Source: Epithemia pelagica (Eukaryota; Protista; Bacillariophyta). From it: DNA of 64,000 bases. Location of the stretch: assembly GCA_946965045.2 (NCBI GenBank), contig OX337236.1, forward strand, positions 186,001 to 250,000, in the 5' to 3' direction. This document shows, piece by piece, positions 57,160-64,000 of this stretch. The notes under the pieces are model-generated. The model did no database searches. It was not told the origin of the DNA and saw only the letters and a list, made by a program, of their open reading frames with translations. Made by a program: the position numbers and the translations under genes. The number at the start of each line of letters is the position of its first letter. Position 1 is the stretch's first letter.

Positions 57160-58211
57160 GACAACGACAACGACAACGACAAGAACAATGCGTTCCGGGA
57201 AACGGCCCATGCACGAATTTCCGCACACAAGTCCGAGTGCTTCTCCTCGCAGATTTGATTGTACCCAAGTGCACGGCAAATGTTCCGAGACTACGACGAC
57301 GACGACTACCAGCTAGAAGAACGAATGGATAGCTCTGGAGGTGTCATGGATCGATTTTTCTCGCTTGTTCTTCTCCAATCTTGTGTGTGGCCAAGAAAGG
57401 AGGATGTCAGAGCTAAACGGAAAGTGTTCTCCTCTTTCTTCACTCTGTCTACCAAAAAGAGAGAGCCTTTAGGGATGCTTCTATTCGGCATGGAGTTTGT
57501 TCCCCCAAGAACCACCATAGGGTCCTTTTTCCGGTAGCCATGATAGTATAACCTCTCTGTCAAGTCCATAGGTTCTACTCCTATACGAGTCAAACATACA
57601 AGATCCCAAGTCCCTTTTGCTCTACCAAAGCGAAGCATGACTTTAATAGGACACAAAAGAGATGGGCATCCTTTTTTTCGCGCAACTCTTGTCAGCACGG
57701 CAATAGGAGTAGGAGTATGATGGGATTGACAAAGGGAGTCCGTAGATGAGATAGTTCCGGAAGAAACGCGTCCAATACCGCAAAATCCTTTTACGGGAGT
57801 CGGCGACAACCGGGAATCGAGAACGCGACCAAAGGAACATTGTTGACTGTAGGTCGATTCTGTACCCTGGATTTCATTCGCGGTTCTGAGTCCCACCGTC
57901 GCTGAACTCAAAGGGTCGATGGACGGACGACAAGTGTCATCCATGTATTCGTCAGCAACGCCGGCCCGGCCATGATCGTATGGCGATCGCGAATGCCCCA
58001 TCTCATGTGGGTTTGCGACTCCATAGACCATGATGGACGACTGAATCGCTTCACGAGCAAATTTGAATTCACGAAAAAAAAAGCGACGCACGATTCGGTT
58101 TTCAAACAGGCATGCGGAGAAAACTCTCCACGAAACTCCACGCAGAAGAGAAACGAGGACATGGAATCGTAATGTCCTCACAAAACATCAAGATCTCTCA
58201 TAAAAAATCTC

Positions 58212-59360
58212 ATGACAACATTAGACAGTAATACGATTGACTCCAAACTTCTACCAAACATGACAACCATGACCATGATGTTCCAACCACCTACTATCAC
58301 CACCACAACACCAACTACTCCTGCCGAATACAACACAGAGGGGTGGCAAAGCCCCATTCTCACACCCATCAATCTGTATTATCCCTTGGGACCCTGCCGG
58401 ACCAAGTTTGAAACAAGTCGACTGACCGAGATTCTTTACGAGTTGCAAGACGTGTTTCGTATTCTCTCTCTAGAAACCGTCTTTCAAGAATCTCCAATTG
58501 CCGCTACATGTCAAACGCTCGATCAAGTCGAATTCAATATCACTGTGTTACAAAGTCGAAGGAATCCTTCAGAATCCATTTTGGAAATTCAACGCAAGTC
58601 GGGAGATACCATGTCCTTTCATTGCACGGCACACCAAATCTTGGCCGCCGTTTCCGGCCAAACTCCAACGTCACGAGTCAGCACCAGCAGCTCCGCATGG
58701 AATGTGCGAATGGCTCAACGACTCGATTCCCTCTTGCCTCCCAAAGTGGACGATGCAACGACAAGTGGTGTAGTTTCCGCGCTTGAACTAGCCTGGGGTA
58801 TGCTGTCCACCGATCGCTTGGATGCCCAACGGCTGGGTCTTGAGTCGCTCGTGCACATGACCGATCCCACCAAAAGTGGATGGTCCACAGCCCAGACGGC
58901 CTCCTTGCTCCTCTTGACTCCCGAAAACAACTTGCAGGCCAATCTCTCCATGACCTTGGTGCGCTTTGTCTCCTCTCTCGATGCTGCTACTCAATCCATG
59001 CATCTGGATGGCGAACCCTTTGGTCCAGAGAAGTTTGCTCATCTCTCCCTTATCGTTCTCTCTCAAGTATTTGGCATTGCGGCCAAACAAGAGGCGACGC
59101 AGCGCATCCAACAGTTTTTGCAATGGATCAAGCCGATCGATTTGGTCCACTCCATTCTACGATTGCTGCGAGACGGTCCCCATCATCCCCATTTGACCTA
59201 CGTGGCCGTTCAATGCGTGACGGCCCTTTGCCCCGCAGTCCCCCAATTGCGCCTCCAAATCAAGAGTCGAGACGTGCAAGAGTTGCAGCACTTTGGGGAT
59301 TTGCATCATTGCGCTTTGGCCAACGCCTCCCAACAATTGCTCGTCGCCCTGCAAGTCTAA
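58212..59360 (+). CDS. Hypothetical protein (KA1-like alpha/beta segment followed by helical ARM-like region)
   Basis: 382-aa ATG-initiated ORF; AATCQTLDQVEFNITV..ILEIQRKSGDTMSF and LSTDRLDAQRLGLESLVHMTDP patterns. The fold assignment is inference. Confidence 0.65.
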   Translation: MTTLDSNTIDSKLLPNMTTMTMMFQPPTITTTTPTTPAEYNTEGWQSPILTPINLYYPLGPCRTKFETSRLTEILYELQDVFRILSLETVFQESPIAATCQTLDQVEFNITVLQSRRNPSESILEIQRKSGDTMSFHCTAHQILAAVSGQTPTSRVSTSSSAWNVRMAQRLDSLLPPKVDDATTSGVVSALELAWGMLSTDRLDAQRLGLESLVHMTDPTKSGWSTAQTASLLLLTPENNLQANLSMTLVRFVSSLDAATQSMHLDGEPFGPEKFAHLSLIVLSQVFGIAAKQEATQRIQQFLQWIKPIDLVHSILRLLRDGPHHPHLTYVAVQCVTALCPAVPQLRLQIKSRDVQELQHFGDLHHCALANASQQLLVALQV

Positions 59361-59702
59361 TACGATTCGTGCAATTTCGGACCCGAAACGACGACATGCG
59401 GCAAATAACAACAAACGTCCATGAAAGAATACGGAGGCGATGAGAAATGGGACGAAGCAAAGATTGCTAGGGAGAAGGCAGTGTCGTTTCGGGTGTTCCA
59501 AAAGCCTCTCCCGATAGATTAATTCTGTTATCCTCCTATAGAATAGAATGTGTTATAGTCCTCTTCCGATTATTCAACGTCTGGATGCTGGTCGACACCC
59601 AACGCTTTCAGAGGGATTATGGTTCTAGAGGCCTCAGCCAAAGAAGACTGCAATGACGAGAACGACAACAACATTAGCCTCATCCGAATTCCTGCTCCAC
59701 CC

Positions 59703-62594
59703 TTAGGACGAAACCGTATGTTTGGCAATGTCTTTGCTCAAACCGCATTCACGAACCAATTCCACCAGATATGGGTCTGGTGTGGAAGGATCATTCTGGT
59801 TCGTCTCGTTGTCGTTATTGTCGTTGTTGTGGGTTGGGAGTTGTCGGGCCAGTTGGGTCAAACCGTCGGCCACGGCCGCGGGGAGTTTTCGTTCGTGGAC
59901 CAACAAGGACAGAATGGGACCCCTCAACAAGCATCCCGTCACACACAAATTCTTGAGTTGCTGATAGACCATCATAATGGTGAGTTCCAACACGTCTGTC
60001 GCGTCCGTTGCTTGTTCCAGTCGCGCCCTTAAGACTTGTCGACGGGCCTGCAACAACGTCTTTTCTTGTTTCTTGTCGAGCTTTTTGAAGGGTAACCCAC
60101 AAATGGTCATGGTATGTTCTTCCACATGCGCGACAAACTCGTTCAACGTACCCTTGGAGGACGATGACGACAAGCAAAGACTGTATTGCTGACTCAAGGC
60201 TTGACCCACCGGTCCTGGGAAGAGCTCACGAATGACTTTGAGAGGATCGCTACTTGCTTGTTTTTTGGACGTGTCGTCGTCGTCATCGTCAATGCGTGAA
60301 CACGACAGAACCAATTTCGGTCCCAATCGTTGTGCGGCACTGTCAATGGCACTGCAATAGAGTGGCAATCGATCATTGGCATGACGAGACTGGTGAAAGG
60401 AAAACGTCACTGGCGGTGTTTGTAAATCCTCTCGTTTGGAAAGACAATACTGATGGATGCGTCGGGTAAAGTCTCCACAGGCACGGTGAAGAATTTCCTC
60501 TTCCAATTCGGCAATCGACTCCATGGAATGTTTTCGTGCATACTCCACAAACTTGACCAGGGTTTGGATTCGAAAACACGCGGCCCCAAAACACGAGGCA
60601 TCTTCAAAGTCTACCAAAAGTTCGTCGCCACCACCCGCCGCACTCGTACCACCACTCGCCGAGGAATGTGCCAAGGAAGAATGAACGGTCCCTGGTTCTT
60701 GGAATCGTTGGAGACGTTCCACTTGTTTGTTCCAGAGATTGCGATACAAGGATTGGACTTGCTCATTGTCCACAAAGGCTTGCTGACAAAACTCGGCCAC
60801 AACCGAGGAGGAGGAGGACGACACCAAGCTTGTTTCGGGAACACTGGATCGGTTGGGGATTGTTCTCGTCGTTGTCGTAGATGCATCGCCATGGTAATTG
60901 AGTTGGTCGCCACATTCTTGTAACACTGGATACTGCGTCAGAACCATGGTGACAAACAGGTGGAGTGGCGCTCTCGGAATGGTCGTTTCATCCGTGTCTT
61001 GTATGGGTGGTTTGGCCGAGGATGAGTCATTCGTGGGGTTGTTGTTGTTGGATTCCATCCACAGTTGGGCCTCGTGTGAGGCGTACTCGGTGAGCACGGT
61101 TGGGACATGCACCTGAATCAAGCGTTTGGACATGGCGTGACTGACGTAAAGTCCTTGAGGGCAGCCCGTTGCCAGATAGACTGTGCCATGGTACTTGTTG
61201 GCCTCGGTGCTGGTTTGACGAGTCAAAAAGTCTTGTAACACTACCAATACTTGCTGTTGCTGCTGGCTTGGAGGATGGTCGGTTTCCTCCACGAGCTGTA
61301 AATCGACGGGAAATTCACAACAGGAATGTTGGTCATGAGCTTCCTGAAACAAGGCCAACCAGGGAGTGACCAATCGATGGCGACTCAACAAGAGCAAGGG
61401 GACTTTGCTATTCTTGTCATTCTTGTCCTTGTCGTCGTTGTCGTTGGGAAGTGCAATCAGGTCCGTGGGGTCCACCTGTCGTTGCAAATGGTCCACCAAT
61501 TCCTGGGGCGACACGGCGTCCACGTGCGCCGCCCTGCGTGAGACAATGACAAAGCCATGAAAGTGAAACGAGTCCAAAATGGTTTGATAGTGTTCTTGTT
61601 TGTACACGTGGGGGACAAAATCGCCATTGCCCAAGATGGTGCCCAGCCGAGATGCCAGTGTTGTTTCTTCCTTGTGTGAGGAGGATGAGGATGATAGAGA
61701 CTTGGGAAGTGGTTGCTGGAGGGCCTCCAGGACCCAGGTATACTCCCATTGCCGTTCCTGACACAGCTGCGGCAAGGATACCTTTTCGTGACATCGTGCC
61801 GCCAAGGTTCCATAGACGTGGATGCAAAAGGCCTTCCAATAGGACGCTGTCACGAGTACAGGACCCTGTTCGTGTCGAGTCGTCGTTGTCGTCATGGTTC
61901 GCACTTGAAGAATGTCACGTGCCGTCCAGTGTGGCTGCAACAAGTCCATCCATTGCGATACCATGGCCTTTTCCATCCTGGTAGTATTGTTGTCGCCCAA
62001 CGGCAAGGTGGACAGTGCTTGCTGTACTGGTACATAGCCTTGGTCGGAAGCGTCGAGTTGTTGCTCGATATACGCAGCTGCTTGCTTCACATAGTCGTGC
62101 GAGACCACTTCTACCAAGACTGCTTGATGTTCCTTGCCACCCAGTATGGTTGTTTGGAACATGGGATACAACAGCACTGTTTGGTTGTCGTCCTTGTCGT
62201 CACTATCCTGTATTGGATGTGTGTTGGTCCTTGTGCGGGTTCGTTGTTTCGAGTCCTTGTTGTTGTTGTTGTGGTCGTCGTCTTGGAACCATTCGTGGAG
62301 GACGGACCGTACCACGTCGACCGAGACGCCCATAAATTGTGCTCCGTCCTCCAGTCGACACCGACCTCCGAGGGTTGGTACCGCCACGTTGAGAAACTCG
62401 TCTCGCACAGCCTCTCGGGTCCTGTACACGCCCAGAGAGGAACGATACCGTGGGAAGCCAGCATCCGGTGGCCGTTCCTTCTCCTTGCTACGAGTGTCCG
62501 CAGACGTTGCTCGATGCAACAAGAGACTCATGAGACTGTCGGCATCGTCTTTGCAAAATGGACCATTCGTCCTTGTTCCTTCCGTTGCCGTCAT
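59703..62594 (-). CDS. UFL1: E3 UFM1-protein ligase 1-like
   Basis: 963 aa. N-terminal YRTREAVRDEF..GGRCRLEDGAQFMGV resembles the UFL1 N-terminal winged-helix region, and C-terminal KKLDKKQEKTLLQARRQVLRARLEQATD resembles the UFL1 C-terminal motif. Confidence 0.72.
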   Translation of the reverse strand: MTATEGTRTNGPFCKDDADSLMSLLLHRATSADTRSKEKERPPDAGFPRYRSSLGVYRTREAVRDEFLNVAVPTLGGRCRLEDGAQFMGVSVDVVRSVLHEWFQDDDHNNNNKDSKQRTRTRTNTHPIQDSDDKDDNQTVLLYPMFQTTILGGKEHQAVLVEVVSHDYVKQAAAYIEQQLDASDQGYVPVQQALSTLPLGDNNTTRMEKAMVSQWMDLLQPHWTARDILQVRTMTTTTTRHEQGPVLVTASYWKAFCIHVYGTLAARCHEKVSLPQLCQERQWEYTWVLEALQQPLPKSLSSSSSSHKEETTLASRLGTILGNGDFVPHVYKQEHYQTILDSFHFHGFVIVSRRAAHVDAVSPQELVDHLQRQVDPTDLIALPNDNDDKDKNDKNSKVPLLLLSRHRLVTPWLALFQEAHDQHSCCEFPVDLQLVEETDHPPSQQQQQVLVVLQDFLTRQTSTEANKYHGTVYLATGCPQGLYVSHAMSKRLIQVHVPTVLTEYASHEAQLWMESNNNNPTNDSSSAKPPIQDTDETTIPRAPLHLFVTMVLTQYPVLQECGDQLNYHGDASTTTTRTIPNRSSVPETSLVSSSSSSVVAEFCQQAFVDNEQVQSLYRNLWNKQVERLQRFQEPGTVHSSLAHSSASGGTSAAGGGDELLVDFEDASCFGAACFRIQTLVKFVEYARKHSMESIAELEEEILHRACGDFTRRIHQYCLSKREDLQTPPVTFSFHQSRHANDRLPLYCSAIDSAAQRLGPKLVLSCSRIDDDDDDTSKKQASSDPLKVIRELFPGPVGQALSQQYSLCLSSSSSKGTLNEFVAHVEEHTMTICGLPFKKLDKKQEKTLLQARRQVLRARLEQATDATDVLELTIMMVYQQLKNLCVTGCLLRGPILSLLVHERKLPAAVADGLTQLARQLPTHNNDNNDNETNQNDPSTPDPYLVELVRECGLSKDIAKHTVSS

Positions 62595-62926
62595 GGTCTC
62601 GGGATTATGATGATAATGTCCAAGTATGTTGTGTATTGCTCTGTTTGTTACAAGACAAAGATCTCACATGCTGATTGCTGATGCTTGTTCTATTGCGCAT
62701 ATACCACCATGGTGCTTCTGTCAAAAACGCGAAGCCTGGATCTTTTTTTCCGGGTTCTATGATTCGCGACTGGATGAGTCATGAGTCGGATCAGTCCCGA
62801 GTGCGGAAGAACCCCAACTGGCACGGATACACCCAATCGGTACGTGCCTTTGAAAACTGATGTTTCTTCTATTGACTTTAAAGTCCTGGACGCTCGAGCG
62901 TGTGTATTTCCCCGTCTTTGGGTCGA

Positions 62927-63704
62927 CACCCCCTAGCGGGGGTGGCTAAGAGGGTTTAATTTCGTGTAGCCAACCCCATCTCTCTGGTGTCCGGTCTAGT
63001 CGGCAGGCATATCTCATTTTCACAACCACGATAACAACACGACAAGTCTAGTCGGCAGGCATATCTCATTTTCACAACCACGATAACAACACGACAATCA
63101 AACTTTGTTGTTGCTGGTGACCTCCTATGATCACCCCATCATGATCCGACCATCGTGTGATTCATATTAGTACCATGGTAGTGCATTGTGAGCGGCGCAG
63201 TGCATGAGGGTCACTCTAGGCAAGGATGAAAATAGTGGCCCAGCATTATGGCACGACACGAGACCATGATGGCCCCCAAAACACATGGGAATAGAGGTCC
63301 TGCTGTCGATACACTCCGTTACTACTGTTATGTATATTGTGTACCATTAGGTGTCGAAACAATGAATGATAAGAGCCATACATCCCTCTTAGATGCTTCG
63401 TTCGAAATTGTGAGGCGTTGCTTCCGTATGACCGTGCCACGAGGCATGGTGCCTGTGAACCAGCTCTACAATAGACTCAACCTTCATATTTTGGCCATGC
63501 AGATGTATCCTACGCTATTGGTTAGAGGTCTATGACTCGGCCGACAGGTACCAAGTGTCAAAATAGGTGCACAACAACAGGTGCAACACCGAGGTCCGTG
63601 TTGTTATCGCGATGGATGGAATGAGAAACAGGTTATTTTTCTACCAGAGAGATGGGGGTGTTTCAACGAAATTACAACCTCAAAGACACCCCCGCTAGGG
63701 GGTG
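62927..63704. mobile_element. Non-autonomous Mutator-like (MULE) element, 778 bp
   Basis: Perfect 9-bp TSD TTGGGTCGA (62918-62926, 63705-63713). Colinear 61-bp TIRs (62927-62987, 63644-63704) match at 51/61 positions by manual comparison, with the outer 18 bp perfect. No transposase ORF. Confidence 0.9.
62994..63097. repeat. 52-bp tandem duplication inside the MULE
   Basis: GTCTAGTCGGCAGGCATATCTCATTTTCACAACCACGATAACAACACGACAA at 62994 and 63046. Confidence 0.95.
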
Positions 63705-64000
63705 TTGGGTCGACAGTCGACACCCCAATTATTTTGTTCTGTACTTACTACATTATTATTATTTGGGGCAGTGGTTGCGTCCAAAAGCCAAGAGAGAGAC
63801 GAGTTGACCATGACGAGAGGAGATAGAGCGAGGAGACAGCGGCATGTATATTCTCCAGTGTGATATGCGAATAGCCCATTGTTTCGAATTTTTTTGTGTC
63901 TGAATGAACGTATACAGTACGGTCATGTCCTTTTCGTTGAGCCAACAAAAGGCGTTGGCCATTGTGCCCAAGGTGACGGGTTGCTTGTCCATGACCTCCT

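Noticed and set aside
57306-58181. 291-aa minus-strand ORF
   Set aside because: No recognisable domain or consistent codon pattern; it starts at a non-ATG codon and occupies the promoter region of the 58212 gene.

Overview
Gene-dense eukaryotic nuclear DNA, most likely from a pennate diatom. This is inferred from the short GT-AG introns (often with GTACGT/GTATGT donors), bipartite plastid-type leaders, abundant CAA/GTT microsatellites and the gene repertoire. About 25 protein-coding loci are supported. Intact housekeeping genes include EndoG (runs off the left edge), an HDAC-family deacetylase, a GH35 beta-galactosidase, the glutamate synthase small subunit, COQ2, an alpha/beta-hydrolase, a RoxA-like JmjC hydroxylase, DMT and MFS transporters, a PHD-finger protein, DUS2, glycerate kinase, an aldo-keto reductase and UFL1. 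They are interleaved with members of expanded families that often carry single disabling lesions: a MYND protein, a Kelch protein, a PSI/LEA_2 paralogue, and two of three SLC38-like amino acid transporter paralogues. Non-coding highlights are a 306-bp TA-flanked Tc1/mariner-type MITE (perfect 28-bp TIRs); a 778-bp Mutator-like element with a 9-bp TSD and 61-bp TIRs whose differences appear to preserve an internal hairpin; a six-unit 105-135-bp dyad-containing array between head-to-head transporter paralogues; a tRNA-promoter-like structured candidate Pol III unit; and several 50-200-bp tandem duplications in intergenic DNA. No CRISPR array, rRNA or intact tRNA was found. All calls come from reading the sequence and motif recognition only; no database searches were run.
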